Below are positions 49,495-63,830 of a stretch of DNA of 64,000 nt, piece by piece. A program made the translations under genes and the position numbers. The notes beneath the pieces are model-generated. The model searched no databases, had not been told where the DNA came from, and was given only the letters and a program-made list of their open reading frames with translations. Every line of letters starts with the position of its first letter. Within the stretch, counting starts at the first letter, position 1. The stretch is taken from the NCBI GenBank assembly GCA_964016885.1, contig OZ024745.1:43648001-43712000 (forward strand). Direction: 5' to 3'. The DNA comes from Eledone cirrhosa (taxonomy: Eukaryota).

Positions 49495-50400
49495 AAACCA
49501 TAACCATTGGAACCTGGAACACCACAACCATTACAGATAAGGAGGCTAGATGCTACCAGCTAAATATAGTCAGGGTTTCCTCAACAAAGTTTTGTAGATC
49601 TGGTACTGTAGATTTGGATGGAGGATGGAAACTCTACTATTCAGGTGTGCCACCAAATATGACTGTACAGGTAAAAGTGGGGATACACACTAGCCCTCAG
49701 CTGTCAGAATGTGTTATGAACTGGATCCCATTTGGAGGGAGGATTTACCTCTTGAAGCTTAGGCTGAAAGATAGGTTTGTGGGGATGGTGCAAGTTTGTG
49801 CACCAAACAGTCTGAATACAGATCCTTCCTTGATGAAGTCGCTAAAGCATTAGGTGTAGTTAAGACTGAGTCATATGTCCTGATGGGAGACTTTAATGCA
49901 CATGTTGACACTGGTCCCCTGGCATGGAAAGGAGTGATTGGAAGGATTGGCAATTCCAATTTAAATATGAATGGAGAAGCCTTGTTAGATTTGTTCTAGT
50001 AATGGGCTCTCTATTATGAACACCTTCCAGCACAATGACATCCATAACTGAACATGGTATAAGGGGAATTCGGGATAGAGATCAATAATTGATTTTGTTA
50101 TTGTCTCTGATCTCTTTGATTCTGTGCTAGATGATCCTGCTAAGAGAGGGGCTGAGCTGTCAACTGAGCACCATCTAGTTATCTACAACTTGAGACTACC
50201 TAAAGCCACAGAAACCCACAAAACTGGCAGGTTCAGGTTGAGTTACAGGATAAAGTGGGAAGCTTTGGTGGATAAAGAACTCAGGACAAAGTATGTGGAT
50301 ACTATTGCATCCAAATTCAGAGAACTCTCTGGGCAAACAGAGGATATTGAAATGGGGTAGAGACTGTTTGGTCCAGGTTAATTGGAGACGGTTGCTTTTG
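49495..50400 (+). mobile_element. RTE-clade LINE apurinic endonuclease region, decayed
   Basis: TIGTWN..GWKLYYSGV..LMGDFNAHV..GVIGRIG..NGEALLD..SIIDFVI..STEHHLV; stops and frameshifts. Confidence 0.9.
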
Positions 50401-50699
50401 ACAGAACCCACTGGAAGGAGTGTTTGAGAACTTTACCCCACAACTCTCCCAAGAATAAGGCAGTGAAGAAAAAGAATCCCAGTTGACCTAAGAAGTAAAC
50501 TGGTACATTTTTTAAAATCCACCTTGAAAGGATGAAAGGCAAAATTTACTGATTATAACAAAAACAGCACCTTGCAATCACATATATGTAGCAAGCCTCT
50601 CCTACCATGGAAGCTGTTTTGCCATGGTAGTGTTTCCTGTGTGTAACTAGCATCCTTTTCCTTGTCAGTTTCAAATATTATAATGTTAGTGTCATCTTG

Positions 50700-51157
50700 A
50701 AGGAACATCCTGTACCACATGAAACCACATTAGCAAGACATTTTTGAAAAGTACAAAACAGCATGGAGACTGCATGACATTAAACATTTTTTGTGACAAT
50801 CTGTCTACTAGTAAAGATAATTAACAAACCAGTTTCCAGATATTTTCTACTAAATCTGTTTTAGAAGTGACTAGAACGATGGCTTTAATTTGTAGTTCAT
50901 CATTCAAATTTTTCCAGTATTCGCAGTTGACATTGCTATGAAGGCAAGAATGTTTAAACATTCTGTAGCAGAAAATATCTAAAAGCGAGTTTGTTAATTT
51001 AAATGTTTATAGTATTTTTGCTACTGGACAGATTGTTCTGAAAATTTGCAGTAAAATAAAGTAAAACCTTTAATTTCTAATTTAATACAGTCATAGTGTT
51101 GTTTTGTAGAATGCCTTGCTAATGTGGTTTCATGCAGTACAGGATGTTAAAAGTTAA
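50700..51157. mobile_element. piggyBac-type MITE family 2, long fold-back form
   Basis: aacatcctgtaccacatgaaaccacattagcaag / cttgctaatgtggtttcatgcagtacaggatgtt plus further internal inverted segments. Confidence 0.75.
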
Positions 51158-52246
51158 GTGAGGAATTTGTTTGATTATCATAATTTGTCCTTTTGTTTCT
51201 TGCTGCAATTGATACAGTGTGTAGTGTGTGTGTTTATCATGTATATCATTAACACTAGAGATGTTGTGCTGTTAACACAACAAAAGAGTCCTCTTAACCA
51301 TTTTTGGCATGGTTTCTACAGCAGAGAGCTCTTCCAATCATCAACCATATAACGGTGTTGTGGTTGCAATTTTTCCTGGCACTAGCATTAACATGTATGC
51401 ATCCCAGTACCATAGACGAGATAAGTCGTCCTAACATTTTTGAACTCTTTTCCAACAATTCACAACTTCAAACCTAGATGGGGTTACTAGTTTATTGATG
51501 TGATATTTGTCAATCATTCAGATATGTGTTGTTAATAAATGTTTGTTTAAAAAGAGTCATTTTACTGAAGAAAAAAAAACCAAAAAAAAACCTGCACAGT
51601 AACTGTAGCTGTGTAAAATATATGCAGCAATCAACAGGTTAGGGCATCCAGCCACAGAAAGCTTGCCAAATAAAGGCTCAGGACTTTTCAGTTGTGTCTT
51701 AGACAACAACCACTTTAGTGTTGGTGATCCACCCTATAAGCACATCAAGAACATGTTGTAAATTGGTTGGTGAGAGGTAAGGTATCCAAACATAGAAAGC
51801 TTGTCAAACAAACAGTTGGAAGGACTTTTTAGGTGTATCAAAGACACGACGACCTCACTAATACTGGAGTCATGATAAAATACACTCAGTAGAGTGCAGA
51901 ATCCTATGTAAGCACCCAGCCCATCTGAGAGATCAGTAACTCCTCTTGAATTCTGACTCAGTCATCTGTGATGACCTGTCCCACCCTTGCTAGTAGGGAA
52001 AACTGACCTTAAATGATGATGATGTTGATACCATAAGGCTTGTAGCTTTTGAATGTGAATAAACTTAATATTCTTAAATTCAGTATTGTATAACCACATA
52101 CTAGACTGAATGAAATGTATAGTTACAGTCCTCAGGTATTAAGTATTCAAGTTCTATCACTTTTGTTCAGAGCAAAAACTGTTGGTTTATTTCTTCTCTC
52201 TGAACCAACTTTGGGAAAAGCTGGTCTGAGAAAATATTCTGTGGCT

Positions 52247-53284
52247 CCCTTTAGCATTTACATTACCCTATATATATACTATTATATTTTCACGGTAAAG
52301 GCTCCCTCACATAATATCGAATCTACAAAATTTTCATATTTATTTTGAGAACAATATCTTAACATCAGTATGAGTAGTTAGTTATGGCCACTTTGAACAG
52401 AAAGAGGCGAGAGGATTCTGGCCGGTTTAAATGCGAAAGGGTTAAACCAGGCATATCTGTTTACCGTGAAAATAATAGTAAATATAGAGTAATGTAAATG
52501 CTAAAGGGTTAATGAACATCTCTAAACCAACCAGCTGGCCAGCATATCAACCAACAACCCACTTAACTAATAATTGAACCAGCGAACCAACTAACTAACC
52601 AGCCAGTCAGTCAACCTACCAACAACCTAACCAACTGAACCAGCCTGTCAACAAACAAATCAACCAGCCAACCAACCAACCAATCCATCCATTTAATATC
52701 TTATTACAATTCAGGTTTTAATAAAACATAGGTATGGGTTCTGTGATTTTTGCAGGTTCTTTGACAAAGTTTCTGAACCACTGCCTTAGGCAGAAAGTAG
52801 CAATTATGTTTTTCAAACTTTACAGGTTTAATTTAATTCATAAATTACAAATGTTTATCTCATTGTAATTTAATTCTTTAGCATTCACATTATTCTATAT
52901 ATACTATAATATTTTCATGGTAAAGGCTTTATCTCACATAATATCGAATCTAGGAGATTTTGAAAGTATTTATTTTGAGAACAATACCTTAACATCAGTT
53001 TAAGCAACCAATTACAGCCAGTTTCAACAGAAAGAGGTAGAGAATTTTGGCCGGTTTGAACATTAAAGGGTTAAACCCTTTCATGACCACATCTCCAATG
53101 AAATACACTATTTCAATTAATTAACGGTGGATTTTAAGGTATTACCAATATTATTAATTATTTCATTACAAAGATAGTAATTTAATATATGCTTCTTAAA
53201 TAAAATCAGATTTTAAACTTTGAACAGAAACCATTTAAAATGGGTGGTTTTGTTTCATAAGCTGGTTGGTATCAAGTGGGTTAA
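52247..53284 (-). mobile_element. Cluster of piggyBac-type MITEs
   Basis: Family 1 copies about 52247-52441 and 52874-53070, a solo end at 52460-52512, and a different TTAA/CCCTTT element at 53076-53280; (AACC)n-like repeat 52525-52690 lies between. Confidence 0.75.
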
Positions 53285-53691
53285 AGGTAACATGCTGGAT
53301 ACTCTTGTTAATTTTTAGTATTTGTCACAATACCAACAGTCTCAATGATTCAGGTGCATCCCAAATAGCAATTATAATCCTTAACTTTTTTTTCGCTTTT
53401 TGATGAGTTTAGCTCCAGATCACCTCATGATAAAACAGGCCTATGATCAAAGGTGCTCAAGACATGACATGTATTTTCCTAGACAATGTGTACCCAGGAT
53501 CAAATTATTTCATGCATTCCTTTCTTTGTTTGTTTTTTCCTAAGCTGGGTCAGAATGGGATGATTGTGTATAACCATTTTGGCTGTTCATTTGGCATGGT
53601 TGTTTGGGTGCCAAACTCATTTTGGTGATAAACAATTGGGCCATAGCCTTCTTGCTCATGGACAATATGGCACAGAAGGCAGTCACGCACA

Positions 53692-53832
53692 CAAACATTC
53701 ATTAACAACAGTTGATATGTCCATCAAACATGTATTAACAACTATAGTTCATATGCAATATGTCTGTCAAACATTTATTAACAACAGTTGATATGTGATG
53801 GCTGTCAAACATTTATTAACAACTACAGTTGA
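53692..53832. repeat. Short tandem repeat, 4 units of about 32-43 bp
   Basis: Core caaacatttattaacaac(tac)agttgatatg. Confidence 0.8.
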
Positions 53833-54677
53833 GAACTCAAATCTCTGTTTTCTTTTTCATATTCATTTTGATAATAACTCAGCAGTAGAAAAATCCGTTT
53901 TGCATAAATTTTTCTTGACCATGTTTCATCAAAATTCCATCAATCAATTGTGGTGGAGTGGCAGAATTGGTAGAGCATTGGATAAAATACCATTGAGGTA
54001 TTTGTTCTGGCTCTTTACACTCAAAGTTTAAATTCTGCCAAGGTCCTCTGTTCACATCATCATCATCATCATCTATTTTCCCTGCTAGCAAGGGTTAGAT
54101 GACTTGCCACAGACCATGTCAGAAATTAAGCAGAACTACTCCCTTATTAGATGGGCCAATAGTTTCAATATTGCAGGTTGTGTTGGCCATAGATTTTCTG
54201 ACAGAAGTTTTCTGGCTGGATGCCCTTCCTACCACTAGCCACTTTACAGGATGGGCTGGGTACATTTTATAGTGTTACCAGAAATGTTATCTGTCCGCAC
54301 TTAAGTGTCCTATTTACCTTGTATCAGCTTTAATCCAGAATTTAACTGCTCTCCTAGACAGGTTGCCTTCTCTACAGCTTACGAAGACCTTGTCTACCCA
54401 TGCAATTTTATTTATTCGGTGTGGCAGCTCTCCTAGATGGGCTGCCTCCCAGCAGATCGAGTGTGTCTACCCTGTACAGCTTTATTTATTTGGAGTGACT
54501 GCTGTCCTGGATAGACTACCTTCCCTGCAGCTTAGAGCTCCTGTACTTGGTACTCTGTGTGCAAATAGACATCCAGCCAGTAACAACATATTCAGAAATT
54601 GTATATAAATGTAGAAAACATTGTTAAATACAACTGGCATTAAAAGCAAATGAAAATTACAAATACAAGTTCCAGAG

Positions 54678-54683
54678 TTTATT
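54678..54683 (-). promoter_or_regulatory. Candidate myosin polyadenylation signal
   Basis: AATAAA on - strand about 940 nt past the stop, followed by T/GT-rich sequence. Confidence 0.45.
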
Positions 54684-55623
54684 CAAAGAAAGCTTTCACA
54701 AGGAGTACAAATATACTTTCAGTTCAATAATCTTGTTAGCTAGGAATGACAGAACGGGTCTCACCTGGATAGCAAGCCCAATGAGAAGGTATCATCAAAG
54801 AAACAGCTTAACCAAATTATCATTGAGAGGAGGATCCAGTCACCAAATGGAGATTTTATCTGGATTATCTCTTCATCTTTTGAAATGGGATAGAAAAATA
54901 ATTCCTTTTTCTTCCCTCCAGCAAGCACAGAAGGAAAAGCCACAAGAGGATGGATAGTCCCCCTCCTTCAAGCATAATTTTATTTAAAGGATGCATAAAA
55001 AAAAAAAAAAAAAAAAAAAAAAAGTATGTATGTGTGTGTGTATATATATATATATATATGTTTGTATGTACATATATATATAAAAATTAAAGGGGGAGGG
55101 GAAACATGGGAAGAAAAATATTGTCTCCCTTTGTTTAATCTATTTACAGTTTCTGGCACCAGAGGGCAACAATAGAAAACAAAAGTAGCAACTAACCTAA
55201 GAGAAAAATGTTAAGGGCTCAAAGTTAAAGGATAATTAATTTGAGAACTATAAAAGGCGATATTCTTTACCAGCACCATGCAGGGAATAGGGCTGCTTGC
55301 AATATCACAAAGCTGAATGGAGGTAGGGGAGGGGGGGGATTAATAGGAAAACCAAAATATTAAAAAAATAGAAAATAGTAATTATTGATAAATGTTTTAC
55401 AAAAGCAGGAGCGGGATGGTTGGGAAAATGTTTTCAATTTATTTATTTATTTATATTATATCTATGGAAAAGAATTTCCCATTTATTGCTGGTTGTACAG
55501 ATCGGGTGAAGGTTGTCATCAGGAAATTAAGACTGCAAGCTAAAGTTGGATAGACTATTCAGCCCTGTCCCAAAGTAGCCAGCACATTGGCTAAATTTAT
55601 CAACAAACAGTGTTTGAAGTAAA

Positions 55624-55729
55624 TCACTTCTCTGCTGTTTGATCCAATTCTTCATCAGATTCTTCCTTCTCACCAGTTTCACTTGTTCGTACAGAAGACA
55701 TAATAGTCCGAGGTGTTCGTCCAGGAGGC
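55624..55729 (-). CDS. Non-muscle myosin II heavy chain (MYH9/10, zipper-like), last exon, non-helical tailpiece
   Basis: tttcag acceptor, phase 2; PPGRTPRTIMSSVRTSETGEKEESDEELDQTAEK*. Confidence 0.88.
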
Positions 55730-56101
55730 CTGAAATATACAAAGAAATAATGCAATAATCCAATGACTACAAAATATGAAATTAAAAAGGAAAAACAAAA
55801 TGCTTTGATGTACTTCATTAATTCTAAAATATGTGGTGAATTGGCAGAGTTGTTAAAATGTTGGATAGAAAGCTTTGTTGTATTTGTTCTGGCTCTTTAG
55901 GTTCTGAGTTCAAAATCTGCTGAGGTCAACTTTGCCTTTCCCCCCTTTCGTGGTTGATAAAAAAAGTACCAAACCAGTAATGGGATCGATTCTTTTCTTA
56001 CTTCTTTTCTCCTTTTCTGGAAGAAATCGGCTTTCTTCAGACCTAGAGTTACAGGCGCATACATACAATAAGTTCTAAAATCTGGCAACAACCTGTCTTA
56101 C

Positions 56102-56271
56102 CGGAATTGTCTTCTGTTGCTAATTTCTCGAGACACCATTTGATTCTGCTCCATCTGTTCATCAAGGTCTCGTTGCAATTTGCGTCGTTGTGTGTTCAAC
56201 CGAGTGATCTCTTCTTCTGCTTCATCCAACTGTCTTTTTAGTGCTTTTACGCGAGCACTTGATTTGTCCAT
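56102..56271 (-). CDS. Non-muscle myosin II heavy chain rod exon
   Basis: [57 protein letters not shown]; tag/gtaaga. Confidence 0.95.
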
Positions 56272-56796
56272 CTATAAAGAGCATAAAATGTAAATAAACA
56301 GCCGTTTCAAACATTTTAGGCAATACTTTGGTCTAGCTGAGCAAATACTGCAATTTTTAAGGCAACTTTTATATATACTTCTAAATTTATTTTTTTGATT
56401 TTTTTTCCCCCAACAATGCTAAGATATTTTTTGTTGATGCAATTGATTTAACATCTGGTTGCCACTTCTACTGCTAACTCCTTCCTATTTAACCTGATAA
56501 TATTAAACCTAAAGAAAATAAGTTTCTCCTGTTTGTGTATTGTCCTCAACCTTTGATAGGCTGAGTCAGCAGTTTGGAGAGTATTTAGTACCAATGTTTA
56601 GTTTTCATTGTTTTAGATTAATATTTGATGGTTAGACAATAAGAGGATAATCAGCGAGATAATATACAGTAGAGGCTGACTACAAACCAATGATATGAAT
56701 TTCCAAATGCAGATATTTTTCTCACAACAGTTTCTTTGCCATAACTTCAGTTCAAAATCAACTGTTAATTAACAAATACAAAACAATGGCACAAAC

Positions 56797-56905
56797 CTGT
56801 TCTTTGTATTGATCAGCATGTCTTCTCTCTTCTTCAGCTTGAAGCATTAATTCCTTGACTTTCTTGTCTAGTTTTCTGTTACTGCGGAGGGCACTATTCT
56901 TCTCC
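56797..56905 (-). CDS. Non-muscle myosin II heavy chain rod exon
   Basis: EKNSALRSNRKLDKKVKELMLQAEEERRHADQYKEQ (RHADQYKEQ typical of non-muscle class); cag/gtttgt. Confidence 0.95.
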
Positions 56906-57668
56906 CTGGTGAAAACAAAGAATATCTTTCAGAAAAAAAAAAAAACCCTCAACAAACATCAGAAGAAAGTTATTTTAAGCATGTGACATATATAGAGGAG
57001 GTCAATTGCTTAAAGTACTGAACTCTTGAAGTATGTGGAAGTTGTGGAAGAGAGAAACCTAGGAAGACATGGAAAGATGTGAAGCATGCTAAAACAATTG
57101 TTAAAATAGTGGTAATGATATACATTATAATCTACATTTGGGTCTCTCACCCATTATATTATATTCCTATTAAATCTCCTTTGACTGCTCCCTGGTATTC
57201 TTCTCTATTACTCACCTTTTCTCTTAATATACCAACTGCCTTTTGTAACAATTTTCTCCCTCATATCCCTATTGATTAACACCTACCACACTCTTATCAC
57301 CCAACTTTATTGCTATACTTCAACCCTTTAACTTATATTAATCCCTCCTCTATTACTGTGTCTTCCATTACCCCTTTTTTTTAGTCTTGTAGAGAACAAG
57401 GCAACCCCTCTAATGCCAGTGCCATGATAAAATGCACCTAGTACACATGTAGAGTGATTGGTGTTAGTAAGGCCACACAGACATAGAAAACATGTCAAAA
57501 TGGAAGGTATGAGCAAAAGATTTCACTGAAACCTGTCTAGGAAGATTCTTACTTGTCCAACATGTTGGCATGGAAAGTAAACCAATGAAGATTCAAAAAT
57601 ACCAATAGAGCACGATAAAATATTGATTATTAGTTATGATGAGAACTAAAGGATGTGGAAATTCTTAC

Positions 57669-57877
57669 TTGTTGTCTTGGTCCAATTGATCCTCAAGATT
57701 AGCAATTTTCCCTTCCAAAGCAGCAATCATTGATCTCTGCTTCATCTTAGCTTGGTTTTCTAATTCCTGTACCTTAGTCTTAAGGTCTTTATTCTGACGT
57801 TCCAAAGACATACGTTGATTCTCCAGATGTTGTGAAGTTGATCTTTCTGCATTCAGATCAGCAAGCATTTGTTCAAA
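57669..57877 (-). CDS. Non-muscle myosin II heavy chain rod exon
   Basis: FEQMLADLNAERSTSQHLENQRMSLERQNKDLK..IAALEGKIANLEDQLDQDNK; cag/gtaaga. Confidence 0.95.
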
Positions 57878-59013
57878 CTGTTTTTAATAAAAGAAAGAGT
57901 ATTCAATATGTGAAGTAAGTAAATGAAAAATAATAGCAATCAAAGGTAGATATGGTAATTACGTAGGAGAGAAGCAAACATTCATTCAACAGTCCACGCT
58001 GTAATGTGGCCGTGTAGGTAACGCGGTAAAAACCTCCCAGTCCACACTGTAAACGTGGTTGGTGTTAGGAAGGGCATCCAGCCGTAGAAAACCCGTCAGA
58101 CAGTCCTGAGCAAGACAACCAATCTTGCCTCAAGTGGGACAATTCCTGTCCAGACCCATGCTAACGTGGAAGATGGACGTTAAACAATGATGATGATGAT
58201 AGAATCCCATGTAGCAAAAATGAACAAGAGGAAAATCAGAAAGCTAAAAACAATCTATTAAATAAGAAAAACTTCCTATGGCAAATCTCTTTATATTTAC
58301 ACTACATAAAATTAATATAACATGATTATGTAGAAAAAATAACAAATAATCCAACATTAATTACAATGAAAATTAAGGAAATGAATTTGCCTTGTCCAGA
58401 GAATACCCCCTCTTCCTCCTTCATTGAATACATTCAACCTGTCAAATTACACATCAAACATTTAGGTTCAAGCTCCAAATTAATTTAGAACATCCTAGAA
58501 TCTTTTCAGTTACATGACAGCAGGTTATGAAACTAGATAAGAATCTTAAACCAGCGAAAAATCTATAAAATTTCTCCTGAATCTATATCATTCAGATTCG
58601 TAATTTTGCTAACAATATCTTATGCTTTGAATTCTTTCCAAGCCACAAAATAATTGCATCTCCTTTTTCACAAAAAATTGTATTATTTGGCCTATATCAT
58701 CCATTTTTATTGCTATCCCCTCACACTTGCTTTTCTGTTCTACTTTTCTGTTATGAACAAGCACCATGTAGCTATCATCATTCTCTCTACCACTTCTCTA
58801 CACCTACCATCCTCTCACTACTATCACTGTCTTTCCCTCATCACACTCATACTCCCTCTTCTTTCACTGCCATCTAAGGAAGCAGTAACTCTGAATAAAA
58901 CTGATCTGGGTCATGATGCTTCTCCAACTCGTACCAGCACGGAAGCTGCACATAAAATGATGATGAAAGCCTCACAAAAGAATAAGCAGTGTTTGAATTT
59001 GACTCCAACAAAC

Positions 59014-59137
59014 CTGAGCGTTTATCTTCTTATTTTTATCAAGAAGAATTTCACTGTTATTTTGTTCTTCTTCAAGTTGATCATCCAGTTCAGTGATCCT
59101 TAATTCAAGTCGCCTCTTCTCATCACTCAATGAAGAC
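59014..59137 (-). CDS. Non-muscle myosin II heavy chain rod exon
   Basis: SSLSDEKRRLELRITELDDQLEEEQNNSEILLDKNKKINAQ; cag/gtttgt. Confidence 0.95.
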
Positions 59138-59759
59138 CTGTAAGCGATAGAGCAAAATGTGATTTGTCATAAACATCAATATAAAAAAGTTTTACAAAAA
59201 ACTTAATACAAATCTACATGCAATATTTAACACTGGATACCAAACTGCCTGAAACTGTCCTTAATTGTTTATCAACACTGAATTGTTTATTTTTAAGTAT
59301 TTATTTTTAAGTATTTATATCTATTTAAAAACCTGACATCATAGTTTTATGTAAGAACCTTTATTAAGTTATGTTCTAAATAGTAGCTAAAATAATGACA
59401 AAGTTATATTATTGAATGTTTCCAAATTTGTTATTACTGTCAAAATTATTTTAATATTTACACTATCATTAAAAATATGGTAATAAAAGGGTTAACAAAA
59501 ACAGGTTGAAAATTATGCTCATTAGTTGATATACAGAGCAAAAAGAACTTCAGAATTTCTGATCATATTGATTTGTTTGTCTAATACATAACTAGTGTAC
59601 CTGTGCCATCAATAATGATATCTCCATTTGAACTAAATATAATAGTGATTATAAAATAAGATGAAAATTATATGTTAATGGTCACTGCAAATGCTAGAAT
59701 AATAGAAAACTGCCATCACAGTCTTTATTTGTCCACATTACATTCAAGATTACCCACTA

Positions 59760-60310
59760 CATCATCATCATCATCATCATCGTCAGGTTTAGCGTCCGTG
59801 TTCCACGCTTGCATGGGTTTGGACGGGGGTTTTCCCACTTGAGGCAAGAGTGGTTGTCTTGCTCGCATAGGACTGTCTGGCGGGTTTTCTACAGTTGGAT
59901 GCCCTTCCTAACACCAACCACATTTACAGTGTGGGGCTGGGAGGTTTTTACCGTGTTGCCTACACGGCCACATTACAGCGTGGACTGTCTGGCGGGTTTT
60001 CTACAGCTGGATGCCCTTCCTAACACCAACCACATTTACAGTGTGGGGCTGGGAGGTTTTTACCGTGTTGCCTACACGGCCACATTTACAGCGTGGACTG
60101 TGTGTTTTTTGTCGTGACACCTACACGATCTCATTTGTTTCGGCCTGGATGTTGTGGGACCAACATAACTTTACATTGAAAGGGGCGGTGTGGGTGGGGT
60201 GGAGGTGGTGGGACGGGGGTGTGTTTTGATAGAGATGCCTACTGACTGTAGTAGGTTTTTACTTTGTATTTAGGTAAGGCGGGTCTTCTCTATTACTGAG
60301 TACCGCCAAA
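59760..60310 (-). mobile_element. SINE family B with internal tandem duplication
   Basis: Near-identical to 613-1050; segment 59870-59981 repeated at 59982-60094. Confidence 0.85.
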
Positions 60311-60985
60311 GGTCTCGGTCCAGTGACATATCATTTAACATCCACTTTCCATGCAAAATGATGATATATACATACACATACACAATATTATATATAAATT
60401 TTTTTTTTTTAATTGGGAAAATAAAAATTACATGGATTGCTGCATTGTATCTATCAAATATTCACATACAAAGTTTTGTAAGTTAACAGATGTTGAACAT
60501 TTCTCAGATCATCTATTTAGTAAATCTAGCAAGTCAAATTATTTTCCAGAAAAATTCTAATTCTTAGGTTATACATTATATACAAAACTATTCAAAATTT
60601 GTCAGAATGCTCAATATATACATATACACTACCAATTATTCTTTTGTTGATAATTAAAGGTACATATAATCACAATTAAACCTCTGTGCTGCAGTAATGA
60701 ACTAAGATAGTATAACAAACTTTTACAGACACCACCAAAGACATATCAGAACAAATTACTAAAAGTTTATTAAACATGTAACCTCTCTAGAGTTGACATC
60801 ACACTGGAATGCACCTGGTGGACACTGCTGAGTGTAGGAATACATAAAAGCTAGATGTGGCTTCCCTGCCCATCCAAGAGGTCAATAGCAGCAACCTATC
60901 TAACTCCCTTCTAGCAGAGAGAAGAGCTGTTAAATGATGGTGTACTATATCAGTGATTTACTTTAATTAGTTTTTTTGTACTCAC

Positions 60986-61365
60986 TTGCTAACTGATCCA
61001 CTTGCAATCTCTTCTTGGAGTTCATCACGTTCAGCTTCTGCATTCTTTCTTGCTCGCTCTGCAGTGGCAAGATCTTCTTGCAACACAACCAGTTCATCTT
61101 CCAAGGACTTGACCTTTTTCTTCATGTCCTTAAATGCTGCACTGGCATCATGTTGGGCAGCACGAGCCTCTTCAGCCTCCCGTTGGTACTCTTTCATCTG
61201 GGCATTAGCTTTTCTAGCTTGTTTCACAGCATCGTCTTTTTGTTTAGTGACAGCCATCATCTGTTCAGTCAGTTGACCAATATCTTGTTCCAGCTTTTTC
61301 CTACTTTGAATGGATGCAGTCTTTTGGCTTCTTGCATCCTCAATTTCAGCTTCTAACTCTTTCAA
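60986..61365 (-). CDS. Non-muscle myosin II heavy chain rod exon
   Basis: LKELEAEIED..MKEYQREAEEARAA..EDLATAERARKNAEAERDELQEEIASG; cag/gtgagt. Confidence 0.96.
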
Positions 61366-61834
61366 CTGTACAGAAAGATAAGATAATTAATTAGTTCATT
61401 TGTAGTGCTTTAAATTCACTAGTGGTTCAATACTAGGGCAAAATAAAAATTAAGACATTTTTTATAATTCTATTTTCCTAATCATATACAAACTGAGATA
61501 AATTCCATTCACCTATGTAATGCTTAATTAAATAATTTTAATATAGTCACTTTGAAATGTTTATGTAATAATTGTTTTATATAATAAAATTTTCTTTATA
61601 TTCAATTATTTGTATATGCATGAATCACTGAAGCTGGTGTTTTTATTGATGAAGATTGTACCATCATCACGGATGGAGGATGCTAAAATTGTCAGCTGTG
61701 TTGTAAGACAATGTAATTAATACTTGCACCAAAATTTAAATTGATGAGCTTTAGTATATAGTCTAGCATCACCATCATGCATGTTACAAACAAAAAAATA
61801 TTAAACATAGCTGATTGCTTAATTAACTACTGAC

Positions 61835-62047
61835 CTGTCTTTGAAGTCCTCTCTTAATCTCATCAGCATTTTCATCCCGTCCACTTAATTCTTTCTGCAA
61901 TTTAGATATCTCGGCTTGCATTGTTACTTCTGTTCTGAGCTTGCAGTCTTCCATGGTCTGTAGATCATCTTCTAGTTCTTCAATTTGAGCAAGCTGTTCG
62001 GTGACCTGAATCTCTAGCTGTTTCTTCAGACGTTCTAAATCAACAAC
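61835..62047 (-). CDS. Non-muscle myosin II heavy chain rod exon
   Basis: VVDLERLKKQLE..IEELEDDLQTMEDCKLRTEVTMQA..GLQRQ; aag/gtcagt; 213 nt. Confidence 0.94.
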
Positions 62048-62433
62048 CTTCATGTACAAACAAAAGAAAAATCTCACTAACATTGAGCTGAGAAAAAGTA
62101 TATATTTAAAAAGTATCGATTTTATTGATTCATATCTAATCAAGATGGTCCAGGTTAGTTTTTCAACCTGTTTATATCGATGTATTACTGTGGCAACACG
62201 ACTCTGGTTGCTTCATTCATGGTGTCACTATTCCTTAAGTTTTTGTGTTCACTCTGAGGAGAAATTTATCAATTACTCAGTCATTGAGTGCTTTGTGGCA
62301 GCCTCTGATAATTCAATTGTTCATCTGCTATTGTGCAGCTGCAACTTCAGTTATACTCATTATATAAGTATATATTTTAAAAAAAGAACATGTTTAATGA
62401 TTTCGAAGTCCAAATAAAAATATTGTTACTTAC

Positions 62434-62614
62434 ATTTCTTTTGTCACAATCAACAGAAGAGACAAGGCCATCGAGCTCATTTTGTGACTTTTTCCATTTC
62501 TTTTCAAGCTCTTCATATTTATCACGCTCTTCTTCAAGTTCTTTTGCAAGGTTCATAATCTTAGTGGACTTCTCATTAATTTCTCGCTGTGCCTTCTCAT
62601 TTTCATTGCTCAAA
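62434..62614 (-). CDS. Non-muscle myosin II heavy chain rod exon
   Basis: LSNENEKAQREINEKSTKIMNLAKELEE..ELDGLVSSVDCDKRN; cag/gtaagt. Confidence 0.94.
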
Positions 62615-62773
62615 CTGTAAAAATAAAGAATCAATAGGTTTATGGTTCAATGAACAAGTTCCTAAAATTTACATCTGTCTAACTAATACATAAAGTTAAA
62701 TGCAAAGGAAAAATATTCAAAACTCATCAACACAAAGTAAATTTTTGAAAGAAAATGAACTAGAATAACATAC

Positions 62774-62886
62774 CGTTCTGCAACTGCTTTCTCCTCAGCC
62801 ATTTTCTGGTCAAATTTGGCTTGTTTCCTAGTGAGTTCATTAACTTGAGCGATTTGTTGGTCCAACTCAACTCGGAAATCTTCATT
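62774..62886 (-). CDS. Non-muscle myosin II heavy chain rod exon
   Basis: NEDFRVELDQQIAQVNELTRKQAKFDQKMAEEKAVAER; cag/gtatgt. Confidence 0.94.
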
Positions 62887-63830
62887 CTGAAAATTTGAAG
62901 AAGATAACATTTTCAATTAAGAGATAGTTTAGACTAACTATATCAGCTGTAAACATATTGCGACTAAAAATCTAATTAGAGCTGGAGATTTTGAAACAGT
63001 AGAGCACCAGGCTAAATGCTTTACAGTTTTGACTTGGGTCTTAATTCAAAACTTGCAACGGTTAACATTGCATTTCTTCCATCCTAGATCAATAAATATA
63101 AGTATCTTTATGCAGGAATGATCATCATGGGTTAGACAGGTTGTCACATACTGAGTCTAGATTTGTCAGGTGATTTCATCTTGTACATACACTCCATTTT
63201 TAGTTTCTATGGCTATATGTCCAACCTAATGCCAACCATTTTACAGAGTGTACTGGGAGCATTTTATTGTTACTCTGGCACTACCACCTTACAGGGTGGA
63301 CTGGGTGCTTTTTATCATAGCACCAGCCTTACAGAGCAAATTGTGTGGTCTTTGTCGTGGCATTAACACTATGGCCTTGATTGATTATAATCTTTAATAC
63401 ATTACTGTATGTATGAACCCATAACTCTTGATAGAGTCGTAGAGTCACTTGTGACATACAGTGTCTTTGGCATTTTAAACCTGGCAGAGCCCATCTCTCT
63501 AGGACTGACCACAGCTGATTTCTTCCAAAGAAGGAGAGAGAATGAGAGAGGAAGTGAGAAAGAGATATAAAGGAAGAATCCACCCCAGTACTGGACTGGA
63601 ACTTTTTTTTTTAATTGACTTGGAAAGGAGGAAATGCAAAGTTGACCTCGACAGGATTTGAACTCAGCACAAAGAGCCAGAACAAATACCATAATGTATT
63701 CTCTCCAACAATCTAGTGATCCTGCCAATCTGCTGCCTTTTCTTTATTGCATTATCTGTATGTTAAATTTGTTTGGAAGATCAAAACTTCTGCATTTGTA
63801 AAATCACAGTAAACAGCAAACTGTACTCAC

